Notes: generated from the letters alone by a model not told the origin. Positions 38,119-48,006 are shown, numbered from the stretch's first letter. The stretch: DNA of 64,000 nt from an uncultured delta proteobacterium (GCA_963706575.1 CAVPNL010000015.1:320001-384000), one strand, 5' to 3'. Program-made: numbers and translations.

Positions 38119-38967
38119 TTAAAAAGTTACATTGAAAAGTTTGGCGGCATTGAGACCACAAATTTGCCCCATCTCCTCATCCGACAACCCGGCAGCCTTC
38201 ATCTCCTCAAAATACGTTGCCGGGGGCAGGAGGGGAAAATCACTGCCAAACAGGATTTTTCCCGCCCCGACCAATTCAATTGCCAGGCGATAGACACTCA
38301 GGTCGTATAAGTAAGGAGAGGCGGCAGTATCAAAATACACCCTTTTCAGGCGTTGCTTAACTTCCTTTTTAAGAAGACTGAAAAAAAACAGGCCGCCGCC
38401 CCAGTGGGCCAGAACAATGTTGTTTTGTGGAAACGCATCAACCAGCTGATAGATCTGTGCCAGCGTATTGGGGGTTTTTCCAGGGTATTGATGCCCGACG
38501 GGCTCATTGGTATGAATTAAGACGGGAAGATTCCAATCTCTGCAAATATCCATGACCGGTTTGAGTCTGGCGAGTGAATCATTTTCAATCCCGCTTTGAT
38601 AAAATGCCAGCTCGCCGATTCCGGACAACCCGCCTTCCTGAAGGCACCGCTGAGTTTCTTCAGCCGACCTGTCGCTAAAAGGATCAAAACATCCCAGACC
38701 GATAAAGCGGTCCGGGTATCGGCCGACCACCTCGCTGATATAATCATTGTGCCGCTTAAAAAGTCCTTCATCTTTCCATGGAAATCCAAAAATAACGGAT
38801 TTATCCACCTGGCCGGCATCCATTGACGCCAGCATTTCCCTTGCCCCAATCAGCTTTGATTTGGGCGATTGATACAGCTTTTGAAATGCGGGTTCGTCTG
38901 AAAAATAGGCTTCTCTATTTTTGCGAATTTTTTCGGGGAATAGATGGGTATGAATATCAATGATCAT
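38119..38967 (-). CDS. Amidohydrolase_2 family metal-dependent hydrolase
   Basis: IIDIHTH, GIGEL, VLIH, LAHWGGG, YFDTAA, FGSDFP. Confidence 0.9.
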   Translation of the reverse strand: MIIDIHTHLFPEKIRKNREAYFSDEPAFQKLYQSPKSKLIGAREMLASMDAGQVDKSVIFGFPWKDEGLFKRHNDYISEVVGRYPDRFIGLGCFDPFSDRSAEETQRCLQEGGLSGIGELAFYQSGIENDSLARLKPVMDICRDWNLPVLIHTNEPVGHQYPGKTPNTLAQIYQLVDAFPQNNIVLAHWGGGLFFFSLLKKEVKQRLKRVYFDTAASPYLYDLSVYRLAIELVGAGKILFGSDFPLLPPATYFEEMKAAGLSDEEMGQICGLNAAKLFNVTF

Positions 38968-38989
38968 CAACTTGGCGCTCCCGCTGAGT

Positions 38990-39316
38990 TTAATTATCTT
39001 CAAATATCCAAAACGATACCGCCGCGCCCGCACCGTCCAAAAACAACTGTTTAAACTTCCAAATACCTTCAGTGGTCAAAGTCAAGGGGCCCAGGATCTT
39101 AATATTCCTGGCCACGAAGACATGGTAGCCTTCCACCACAAAATATCGGTAACCCGAAGCATCCGCCGGCGCCTGGTATACCGGTTCAATCTCTTTTAAA
39201 ACGCCCTTTGGTTCAGCGCGACAAAGATTAAACGTTACGTCTGTAATTCCCTTTTTCTGCATAAATTTTTTCGCGGATGCGGAAAGCTTTATTTTTGTAA
39301 TTCCCATTGAAAACAT
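38990..39316 (-). CDS. Small HesB-like-fold hypothetical protein (CC/Se-motif family-like, motif absent)
   Basis: IKLSASAKKFMQKKG...P...Y...VEGYHVFV...KQLFLDG pattern. Confidence 0.6.
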   Translation of the reverse strand: MFSMGITKIKLSASAKKFMQKKGITDVTFNLCRAEPKGVLKEIEPVYQAPADASGYRYFVVEGYHVFVARNIKILGPLTLTTEGIWKFKQLFLDGAGAAVSFWIFEDN

Positions 39317-39396
39317 TTTGGAATTATCCTGGGGTCCTTATAAGATTTGTTTGGATGAGAGGATATTGTTATGGAAAAGGTCATCAAAATTCAAAC

Positions 39397-39437
39397 AAAA
39401 AAATAACGGCTAATCGATTTTTTTCGATTAGCCGTTA
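39397..39437 (-). terminator. Intrinsic terminator of the candidate sRNA
   Basis: TAACGGCTAATCGA / TCGATTAGCCGTTA perfect stem followed by a U7 tract on the minus strand. Confidence 0.85.
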
Positions 39438-39473
39438 AGGAGGAGAACAGATGAAGAAATTATTAGGCTGCAA
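39397..39473 (-). ncRNA. Candidate sigma54-dependent small RNA (~75 nt) with anti-SD seed
   Basis: Lies between a sigma54 promoter and a 14-bp-stem terminator; contains UUCUUCAUCUGUUCUCCUCCUU; no minus-strand ORF. Confidence 0.65.
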
Positions 39474-39483
39474 ATGAAGTAAC

Positions 39484-39563
39484 TGCAAAACCCTTGCCAA
39501 AGATAATTTCGCTCGGCGAAATTATCTATTTTTATTATTTTTATTTTAAAATTCAGGTAGTTA
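39484..39563 (-). promoter_or_regulatory. Sigma54 promoter with IHF-like site
   Basis: Minus strand TGGCAAGGGTTTTGCA (39499-39484); ATTCAGGTAGTTA (39551-63) in AT-rich DNA. Confidence 0.75.
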
Positions 39564-40058
39564 TAAATATTAAAATTCCAGCATCGCTGCTTTCACAAAT
39601 AATATGGGGCCCTAAAATTTAGGGGTTCAGTTTATAATTTTTAACCGAATATATCTGAAAATGGAAAAACCTGTTGTTTTTAAACATTTTTTTTATTATT
39701 GGGTGAGGTTCAAAATTTTGAACCACGGCTTTTTTTGCCGGGCAAAAAAAGCATAACTCATTAAAATTAATATATAAAATAGAGTTTATGGCTTTGAACC
39801 CGCCGTGTGTTAGACGGAAAAAAATCCGATAATGGATCCTAAACCGGACAAGGCAGAAATCAATATAAATCTCACGTAAAGACGTCAAAACGCCAGGTTT
39901 TTCATAAATTCCAGCGTGAAAATTTTTCGTCTTGCGAGTTTGCGCGCTTTGCCCGCCGACGCTAAAGCTATGGCGCGACACGCAGCTTTGCGTACTAGCA
40001 AATACCGAGCAATTATCAGGCCAATTTTTTATTGCAGCGCTCATATAACTTAAATCGT

Positions 40059-41222
40059 ATGGAAATGGAATCCGAAAAAGAAATCAAAAATAATCCGATG
40101 TTTTTGTACCTGGCGGTTCTCACCATCTGTTCCACCATCGGATTGCAGGCCTGGCTGACGCTGTTCAATAATTTTGCCGTGGAAATTGCCGGGTTGGATG
40201 GAAATCACATCGGCGTCATTCAATCGGTGAGGGAGATCCCGGGGTTTCTGGCCCTGCTGGTCGTCTACGTCATCATGGTGATCAAAGAGCATCGGCTTTC
40301 CGCATTGTCGATACTCATGATGGGATTCGGGCTGGCCATTACCGGCTTGCTTCCAACCTACGCCGGGCTGATATTGACTACGCTGGTGATGAGTTTCGGG
40401 TTCCATTATTACGAAACCACCAACATGTCGCTGACCCTGCAGTATTTTGATGAAAATTCCTCACCATGGGTTTTTGGCAAACAGCGCAGCTATGCCGCCG
40501 CTTCCAGTATTGCGGTGGGCATTGTAATATATATCCTGTCATTTTTCATGAGCTTTGCACAAATCTACCTGTTGCTCGGCGGGATGATTATGGCCGCGGC
40601 CGTCTGGGCATTATATCAAAAACCGGCTCAACGGCAGGTGGTCCCCCAGCGCAAGCAAATGATAGTGCGTAAAAAGTACTGGCTTTTTTACTTTCTGACC
40701 TTCATGGCCGGCGCCCGTCGCCAGATTTTTATGGCATTTGCCGTCCTGCTGATGGTCCAGAAATTTCATTATTCAATTCAGGAAGTGACGGCCCTTTTTG
40801 TGATTAATAATGTCATCAACTATTATTTGAGCCCGCTGATCGGCAAAAGCATTATCCGCTTCGGTGAACGCAAGGTTTTATCCCTGGAATACGTCAGCCT
40901 GGTTTTCATATTTATGACCTATGCCCTGACCCCTTCCAAATGGGTGGTGGCAGTGCTTTTCATTCTGGATCAAATTTTCTTTAATTTTTCGATTGCGATC
41001 CGAACCTATTTTCAGAAAGTCGGCGATCCGCAGGATATCGCACCCAGCATGGCCGTGGGCTTTACCATCAATCACATCGCCGCTGTTTTTCTGCCGGCCA
41101 TCGGCGGCTTCCTGTGGGTTGTGGATTACCGAATTCCGTTTTTCGGCGGCGCTGTCATGGCTGCAATATCGTTAATGGCGGTGCAAAAAATACGGGTAAC
41201 CGGGCGAAATGTTGCCGCATAG
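40059..41222 (+). CDS. MFS transporter
   Basis: About 12 TM; QSVREIPGFLAL, GARRQIF, GFTINHIAAV; exact start uncertain. Confidence 0.88.
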   Translation: MEMESEKEIKNNPMFLYLAVLTICSTIGLQAWLTLFNNFAVEIAGLDGNHIGVIQSVREIPGFLALLVVYVIMVIKEHRLSALSILMMGFGLAITGLLPTYAGLILTTLVMSFGFHYYETTNMSLTLQYFDENSSPWVFGKQRSYAAASSIAVGIVIYILSFFMSFAQIYLLLGGMIMAAAVWALYQKPAQRQVVPQRKQMIVRKKYWLFYFLTFMAGARRQIFMAFAVLLMVQKFHYSIQEVTALFVINNVINYYLSPLIGKSIIRFGERKVLSLEYVSLVFIFMTYALTPSKWVVAVLFILDQIFFNFSIAIRTYFQKVGDPQDIAPSMAVGFTINHIAAVFLPAIGGFLWVVDYRIPFFGGAVMAAISLMAVQKIRVTGRNVAA

Positions 41223-41327
41223 ATTCATATCTGCCAGAATTTGATTTGAAGAATTAAAACTCCCTTGACAATCAGCGGCATCAACTCGTCATCTTGACAG
41301 CCGCATAACGATGCCATATGGTGAAGC

Positions 41328-41597
41328 ATGGACTCCGTAATGAAAGAAAAAATAGACCGGGTTCTGGATACGGTTAAAGAACCGGAAACCGGACTGACCA
41401 TGGCTCAACTGGGGTTTGTGGAGCGGGTTCGCTATTATGAAGAAAAGAAGAAGCTGACGGTCTTCTCCTGTAATCTCAAGCCCAATCATAAATATTGCTG
41501 CACCGTTATTCAGGGACTGCTGATTTCCGGCACCATAAACTCGTTGACTGAAGCTTTTCAGAAAGCGTTTCCGGATCTTGCCGTTGAAGTTGTCTGA
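41328..41597 (+). CDS. DUF59-like (FeS assembly/MIP18-type) small protein
   Basis: VLDTVKEPETGLTMAQLGFV pattern; CC motif. Confidence 0.75.
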   Translation: MDSVMKEKIDRVLDTVKEPETGLTMAQLGFVERVRYYEEKKKLTVFSCNLKPNHKYCCTVIQGLLISGTINSLTEAFQKAFPDLAVEVV

Positions 41598-41760
41598 GAT
41601 AAACCCGCGCCAAAGTCAAGATCAAAAAATGCGTTTTGCCTCCCTCTGAGAATGCCGGGTAATCAGCCCGTTTTAAGCTAAGGCTAATACAGAGCATAGC
41701 AGTCGAATCTGATTTTAACCTCCCCCACAATTATTTTACCTAACTTAAGGAGATTCAAGG

Positions 41761-42579
41761 ATGTCACTGATTACCGTAACAACAAGCATTGGATGCGGTG
41801 CGATGAGTGTCTCTCAAAAGGTTGCCGATGATCTTAAAATTGAAATTTATGACGACGAACGGCTTCAACAGGAGGCGCTTAACATGGGGTATTCATCGGA
41901 AGACCTGAAGGGATTTGATGAAAAGGCTCCCGGATTATTCGATCGGCTTTTTAGGCGCCAGCCAGAATTATATGATGAGCTAATGGCAGCGGTTATTTAC
42001 GAAGTCGCCCATCGAGATGAAGGTATCATTATCGGTCACGGGGCTACTTATTTTTTAAAAGACTTCAGCTGCGCCCTGCACCTGCGAATGCATACGTCGG
42101 AGCAATATCGCATCCAGCGTTTGACCGATCAGTTGAAAATAAACCCGGATACGGCCCTTAACATGATCAAAAATCGTGACCAAGAACTCAAAGCCTTTTT
42201 GGATTTTTTATTTCAAATCGATTGGAATGATTTTTCGCTGTATGATCTGGTGATTAATGTCGACAAACTGGGTATTGATGCAGCGGCAGAGATGATCGTC
42301 AATTTGGCAAAGGCGGACAGCATCCAACAATGCAGCTTAACCGCGCTGGAATCTATGGAGAAATTATCACTGCTAAAAAAAGTTGAAGCCGCTGTTATGA
42401 AAGATAATATCAATCCACAAGAATTGCAGATCGAGGTTCCGGAGCCCGGTGTGGTTCGGCTAACCGGGTTGATCAATCCAATGCGGACCGTCGCCGGTGT
42501 AACTGAAGTGATAAAATCCGTCGCGGGCGTAGAAAAAGTCATTTGCGAAGCCGAACGGCATCCATTGGCCAAGATGTAA
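41761..42579 (+). CDS. Cytidylate-kinase-like protein with C-terminal BON domain
   Basis: ITVTTSIGCG, IIIGHGA, RD...YDLVIN; BON-like GVVRLTG...VAGVEKV. Confidence 0.85.
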   Translation: MSLITVTTSIGCGAMSVSQKVADDLKIEIYDDERLQQEALNMGYSSEDLKGFDEKAPGLFDRLFRRQPELYDELMAAVIYEVAHRDEGIIIGHGATYFLKDFSCALHLRMHTSEQYRIQRLTDQLKINPDTALNMIKNRDQELKAFLDFLFQIDWNDFSLYDLVINVDKLGIDAAAEMIVNLAKADSIQQCSLTALESMEKLSLLKKVEAAVMKDNINPQELQIEVPEPGVVRLTGLINPMRTVAGVTEVIKSVAGVEKVICEAERHPLAKM

Positions 42580-43011
42580 TCTGTAAGATCTCAATATTTC
42601 AGACCGGTGGTTTTATGTAACCGGTTATTCGAAAGTCAATTTTTTGCACATCCTATAACCATCCTAAATTTATACATATTTTTACTAAGGCGAATTAGCG
42701 AACAGCATAATTTCGCGCCTTTTTTTGATTTTTTGCTCAAATTCACCATTATTCATTCCCGAAAAATTATAATTTTAAAAATTTGTTGACTTTTTCCCAT
42801 GCATAAATAAGGATTCTACCCGGTGAAAAAGCCTATCCATGCACGGTAAATTAAGGTGTCACTTTTAGCGGTATAAATCCGTGCTATTAAAGCATTCATT
42901 ATGGACAACTGGAAAGTCGTCAAGGTTCGTGTAAGGGCTTTAAACAAAGCCTTAGTTTAACCGAAACCAAAGGAGGAGAAGGTTAAAACTTACTAACCGA
43001 AAGGAGGAATT

Positions 43012-44755
43012 ATGGGTGCTTTAGCGATTATGGTGATAGCATTCGCCGGGTACATTATCATGTACCAGTTGTACGGCAAGTTTATCGGCGCAAAGATTTT
43101 TGCGCTATCCGGCGCTGCTAAGACCCCGGCGGTTGAAATGGAAGACGGGGTCGATTATGTCCCGACCAAAAAAGAAATTATTTTTGGCCACCACTACACC
43201 TCGATTGCCGGAACCGGTCCCATCGTCGGGCCAGCCGTTGCTGTAATCTGGGGCTGGATGCCGGCCCTGATCTGGGTGTTTGTGGGCAGCATTGTGATGG
43301 GCGCAGTGCATGATTTCGGTGCCCTGATTATTTCGATGCGCAACCAGGGAAAATCGATTTCCGAATACACCGCCAAGTATGTCAACAACCGCACCAAGAT
43401 TTTCTTTTTCCTGATCGTCTTTCTGGAATTGTGGATCGTGATCGCCATCTTCGGGCTCGTGATCGCCGTGGTGTTCAACATGTATCCGACATCGGTACTG
43501 CCGGTCTGGCTGGAAGTCCCCATTGCCATATATCTGGGCTATTTGATTTACAAGAAGGGCGCCAACGTGATGACCTGGTCGATTTTAGCTGTTATTGCTA
43601 TGTATGTAACGGTGGTCATCGGTGCCTACCTGCCGATCAAGCTGCCCACCATCGCCGGTATTCCACCCACCGGTGTGTGGACCATCATCCTGCTGGCATA
43701 TGCCTTTATTGCATCGGTTTTGCCGGTTACCACCCTGCTGCAGCCGCGTGACTTTATCAACTCCCACCAGCTGGTTGTGGCTTTAGCATTGTTGACATTG
43801 GGTGTCCTTTTTACGGGGTTCGGTGGCCGGCTGGATATCGTAGCGCCAGCTGTGCAGCTCTCTCCACCTGAATCACCGCCGATGTGGCCCTTCTTGTTTA
43901 TCACGATTGCCTGCGGGGCCATATCCGGATTTCATTCCCTTGTATCCTCTGGCACTTCGGCCAAACAGGTGCGCGACGAGCAGGATTCGCTGTTCGTGGG
44001 TTACGGGTCCATGCTGCTGGAAGGGGTGCTGGCGACCCTTGTGATCATCGCCGTTACAGCGGGAATTGGAATCGGCTACACCGCCAAGATCGGGTGAAGC
44101 ATTCACCGGTATCGCCGCCTGGACAGCCCACTATTCATCCTGGGCTGCTATAGGAGGTATCGGAAACGCTGCCCGCGCATTTGTTGACGGCTCGGCCAAT
44201 ATGATCGCCACTCTCGGTATTCCGAAGCAATTCGGCGTCGTCATCATGGGTGTATTTATCGCCTCCTTTGCCGGAACCACCCTGGATACGGCCACCCGGA
44301 TTCAGCGCTACGTGATCGCCGAGCTGTTCGGCGGCCTCAACCTGAAAGCGCTGACCAACCGCTACGCTGCCACCTTTGTCGCGGTAGGATCGGCCCTCAT
44401 ACTGGCATTTGCAACCGGAGCCAGCGGAACGGGCGCGCTCAAACTGTGGCCGCTTTTCGGCGCCGTCAATCAAACCCTGGCGGCCCTGGCGTTAATTATT
44501 ATCACCCTGTATCTGAAACGCCGCGGTGGTTTGAAGTGGCTGGTTTCCGGCATCCCTGCCGCCTTTATGGCGATCATGACCATCTGGGCGGTTATTCTGA
44601 ACCAGGTTAAATTCGGTGCCGGCGGAAATATGCTCCTGACGGTGATTAATCTCTGCATTCTGATCATCGCGATCTGGATTGCGATTGAAGGCGTCATCAA
44701 ATTCTTCGTAACAGAAGAAGAACCGGCTGCGCCAGCCGCACCGGAAACAGCGTAA
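43012..44755 (+). CDS. cstA: Carbon starvation protein A transporter (frameshifted near 44090)
   Basis: DGVDYVPT, FGHHYTSIAGTGPIVGP, GAVHDF, LLQPRD, ACGAISGFHSL; second frame FAGTTLDTATRIQR, LWPLFGAVNQ. Confidence 0.9.
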
Positions 44756-44764
44756 ATCAATTAA

Positions 44765-44803
44765 GTGGAAGTATCGCCATGCGGCGATACTTCCACATTT
44801 TTT
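44765..44803 (+). terminator. Intrinsic terminator after cstA
   Basis: GTGGAAGTATCGCC-ATGC-GGCGATACTTCCAC followed by T tract. Confidence 0.85.
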
Positions 44804-44884
44804 CAAACCCCTGCAAGATTCGATTAGCCTGCCGGCGTTTTTACGATAGGGATTCACTCAAAACCCACTTGAGATACTTTTTAT

Positions 44885-45319
44885 ATGACCCATGACTTAA
44901 AACGTACGTATTTTACCCTCCTGCTGCCGGCGGTGGCGGGTTTTATTTTGATTTTTGTCCTGCAACATTTCCATCTGGTCAGTTTTGAGATTCCGCAAAT
45001 TCCATCTGTGCTGTCTCCCATCATCTTTATTGTCTCGGTTTGCTTTGCAGTGGCCCTGCCTATTTTTTACCGCACCGTTTTTGCCAACAAAAGGCGCCAT
45101 CAAACAAATACCGCTGAAGATGATTGGTTGAAATTTGAACGCAACCTGCTTTATATTGCCCTGGCAAGCCCCTATGTATGTCTGATTGCCCAGATTTTGC
45201 AGCTGCCCCGTTTTCATCTGGGCGGCACGATTATCATGGCTTTGTATGCGGTGTATTATTACTATCCTTCTCGGAGAAGAATCGATTACGAGCGACGTAT
45301 TTTTCGCGTGAAAGCCTGA
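44885..45319 (+). CDS. Hypothetical 4-TM membrane protein
   Basis: 144 aa with four hydrophobic segments; ends YYYYPSRRRI. Confidence 0.75.
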   Translation: MTHDLKRTYFTLLLPAVAGFILIFVLQHFHLVSFEIPQIPSVLSPIIFIVSVCFAVALPIFYRTVFANKRRHQTNTAEDDWLKFERNLLYIALASPYVCLIAQILQLPRFHLGGTIIMALYAVYYYYPSRRRIDYERRIFRVKA

Positions 45320-45347
45320 AACAATACAGACGGGAAATGACGTTCAG

Positions 45348-45638
45348 ATGAATCCTTTTTTAAAATGGCTAAAAGCACAAATCATCGAAGCATTTAAGAT
45401 CAGCGATGAGGTCATGCGCGGCAAGGCCGTGGAAACCATCGAGCATGAGGTGGCGGAACTGGATAATATCTTCGGCATCCTGGTTTTAGGCGCCTTTATC
45501 GGCATCCCCTCACCACCGATTCATATTACCATGGAGCTGTTCCCCCTGATGGACAAAGAATTGGACATCATGCTCGACAAGGTATTAACCGCCCATGATC
45601 CTCTGGGCCATCTTTTTTCGGTACTGGGTATTGATTAA
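45348..45638 (+). CDS. Small CstA/ArsA-associated protein
   Basis: E..ELDNIF..LVLG..IGIPSPP...TMELFP.M pattern, recalled from genes lying between cstA and arsA. Confidence 0.7.
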   Translation: MNPFLKWLKAQIIEAFKISDEVMRGKAVETIEHEVAELDNIFGILVLGAFIGIPSPPIHITMELFPLMDKELDIMLDKVLTAHDPLGHLFSVLGID

Positions 45639-45693
45639 TTTCTCACCACAGAGAACACAGAGCTTTAAAAATTAAAACAAACACGAGACAAAA

Positions 45694-46590
45694 ATGAAAC
45701 CGCAGCTTCTTTTTTTTATCGGCAAAGGTGGCGTCGGCAAATCAACCAGTTCGGCACTGACAGCCGTTTATCTGGCGGCGAAACCTTATAAAACGCTGCT
45801 GGTGTCCATGGACCCGGCCCATAATCAATGCGATATTTTCGAACAGGATTTTTCTGAAAAACCGAAAAAGGTCTCTGAAACCTTGATGGTCAAAGAGGTC
45901 AACACCGATTTATGGATAGAAAAATATTTGAAGGAGACAACCGCTCAGATCAAAGAGACCTATAAATACGAAAGCGCCTTTAATCTTCAAAATTATTTTA
46001 ATGTCCTGCAGTTTTCACCGGGCCTGGAAGAATATGCGCTGCTTTTAGCCTTTGAGGACACCCTGCACAAATACAGTGATCAGGATTATATCGTCTTTGA
46101 TATGGCGCCCACCGCTTTGACCCTGCGGTTTTTTTCGCTGCCGTTTATCACCCTGATCTGGCTGGAAGAGCTGTTGACCCTTAGAAGCGAAATTTACCGG
46201 AAAAAGGAAATTATTTCTAAAATAAAAATCGCCGGAAAAGAAATCGAGCAGGATAAGGTAAAGGCCAAGCTGCAAACGTTAATCGGCAATTACGAGCACC
46301 TGCGAGAGCATTTTATGTCAGATACCACCAGAGTGAACCTGGTGATGAACAATGACAAGCTGTCGTTTTCGGAAGCCTTTCGCATCCGAAAGAAACTAAC
46401 CGATATCGGCATTGTTATCGATCGAATCGTCATCAACAAACTACACGCGGATGAAAATACAGCAGGGATCGAAAACGAATTCAAGGATCAAAAAATAGCA
46501 AGGCTGCGCTTGGCGCCCGAGGGCCTGACCGGTTATGAGGTGTTGAAAGATTATATTGCGGCGCATACAGAGGCGTTTCAGAGCTTATAA
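45694..46590 (+). CDS. ArsA/GET3-family ATPase (single domain)
   Basis: GKGGVGKST, SMDPAHN, PGLEE, FDMAPT..TLRF, VINK. Confidence 0.9.
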   Translation: MKPQLLFFIGKGGVGKSTSSALTAVYLAAKPYKTLLVSMDPAHNQCDIFEQDFSEKPKKVSETLMVKEVNTDLWIEKYLKETTAQIKETYKYESAFNLQNYFNVLQFSPGLEEYALLLAFEDTLHKYSDQDYIVFDMAPTALTLRFFSLPFITLIWLEELLTLRSEIYRKKEIISKIKIAGKEIEQDKVKAKLQTLIGNYEHLREHFMSDTTRVNLVMNNDKLSFSEAFRIRKKLTDIGIVIDRIVINKLHADENTAGIENEFKDQKIARLRLAPEGLTGYEVLKDYIAAHTEAFQSL

Positions 46591-46603
46591 TGTAAATACA
46601 TAT

Positions 46604-46930
46604 TAATTGAGGGGTCAGGGAGTTTATCATTCCAAGCTTGTCATTCCCGCGAAGCAGACTGTGTCGTAATTCAAAAAAGCGCTTAAATTCTGCCTGTCAT
46701 GCCGGACTTGATCCGGCATCCAGCACTGTAACACTCTGAAAAAGCGCTGGATTCCGGGTCAAGCCCGGAATGACAAAAGGGCTCATTTTCCTCGTTTGAA
46801 GATTACGACACAGTCTGGAAGGCGGGAATCCAGAAATGTTTTTTTGTTTGGATCCCCGCATGCGCGGGAACGAAGTCTGGATGCCCGCCTTACGCGGGCA
46901 TGACGGCAAAACTCCCTGACCCCTCAATTA
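46604..46930. mobile_element. Nested non-autonomous elements (outer MITE > dRS3-like REP > inner MITE > REP pair)
   Basis: Outer 22-bp TIR 46604-25/46909-30; inner 16-bp TIR 46655-70/46802-17 flanked by GAAG duplication. Confidence 0.85.
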
Positions 46931-46992
46931 TTTAGCCATCAAAAATTATGGGGCATTTAAAGATATGAGGGCGTTGCCTGCTAAAAATGCTC

Positions 46993-48006
46993 TTAGCTCC
47001 AGACACCGTCAATCTCGGCCCCGCACACTGCACACCGGCCGTCTTTGATTCTGAGAGATCCCACCTGAAACCCCCAACGTTCGATGACAATCTCACCGCA
47101 GCCAGGGCAAAAGGTGTTTTCCGCGGCATTCCCGGGGACATTACCGGTATAGACGTATTTTAATCCGGCCGCCAACCCGATTTCACGGGCCGCTGTGAGA
47201 GTTTTCACCGGTGTGGCCGCACGGTCGGTCAGCTTGTAGGTCGGATGAAAGCGGCTGATGTGCCAGGGCGTGTCGGTTCCCAGATCATTGGCGATAAAAG
47301 CGGCCAATTTCTCAAGCTCGGCGCTGTCATCATTAAGTCCGGTAACAATCAGCGTGGTGACTTCAACAAAGATGCCCTGAGCCTTCATGCGCCGCAGGGT
47401 TTCCAGGACATGCTCGAGGCGGGCACCGCACAAATCTTTATAATATCGGTCGCGAAACGCTTTTAAATCCACATTGGCCGCATCCAGATAAGGGTCGATC
47501 ATCTCAAGGGCTTCAGTCGTCATATACCCGTTGGTGACAAACACATTTCGCATGCCACGCTCATGGGCCATTTGGGCGGTGTCATAGGCAAGTTCAAAAA
47601 ACACGGTCGGCTCGGTATAGGTATAAGAGATGCTGCGGCAGCCGGATTTATCCGCCGCCGCCACGATTTCCTGCGGGGTTACCGTATCGCCCATGATCAT
47701 GCCTTTATGATCGGTGGGCATCTGGGCAATATCGGCGTTCTGACAAAACCGGCAGCGAAAATTACAGCCGACGGTGGCAACCGAATATGAAAGGGTGCCC
47801 GGCAGAAAATGAAACAGAGGTTTTTTTTCGATGGGGTCCACATGTTGCGCAATGACTTTATCATAAACCAGCGTTTGCAGCCCGCCGGCCTGATTCTCCC
47901 GAACGCCGCATTTACCCCGGCGGCCCGTTTTTATCACGCAACGATGGCTGCATAAATTGCATTTGACCTTTTTATCCGCCAGCGGTTCATACAGGTAAGC
48001 TTCCAT
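46993..48006 (-). CDS. amrS: AmmeMemoRadiSam system radical SAM enzyme
   Basis: CNLCSHRC...CGVR, DPIEKKPLFHFLPG, GCNFRCRFCQN, YTYTEP, HISRFHP, YVYTGNV, CPGC. Confidence 0.9.
   Translation of the reverse strand: MEAYLYEPLADKKVKCNLCSHRCVIKTGRRGKCGVRENQAGGLQTLVYDKVIAQHVDPIEKKPLFHFLPGTLSYSVATVGCNFRCRFCQNADIAQMPTDHKGMIMGDTVTPQEIVAAADKSGCRSISYTYTEPTVFFELAYDTAQMAHERGMRNVFVTNGYMTTEALEMIDPYLDAANVDLKAFRDRYYKDLCGARLEHVLETLRRMKAQGIFVEVTTLIVTGLNDDSAELEKLAAFIANDLGTDTPWHISRFHPTYKLTDRAATPVKTLTAAREIGLAAGLKYVYTGNVPGNAAENTFCPGCGEIVIERWGFQVGSLRIKDGRCAVCGAEIDGVWS

Noticed and set aside
39451..39477. Plus-strand mini-ORF MKKLLGCK with perfect RBS
   Set aside because: Promoter and terminator U-tract both point to minus-strand transcription; kept only as the alternative to the sRNA hypothesis
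44090..44100. Selenocysteine readthrough at the TGA ending the first cstA ORF
   Set aside because: CstA homology continues in a different frame, so this is an indel rather than readthrough
45694..46590. Arsenic-resistance operon
   Set aside because: No arsB/acr3, arsC, arsD or arsR; single-domain ATPase lacks a metalloid-binding Cys set
46993..48006. Complete AmmeMemoRadiSam system
   Set aside because: Only the radical SAM gene is present; partner genes are often unlinked, so this is not unusual
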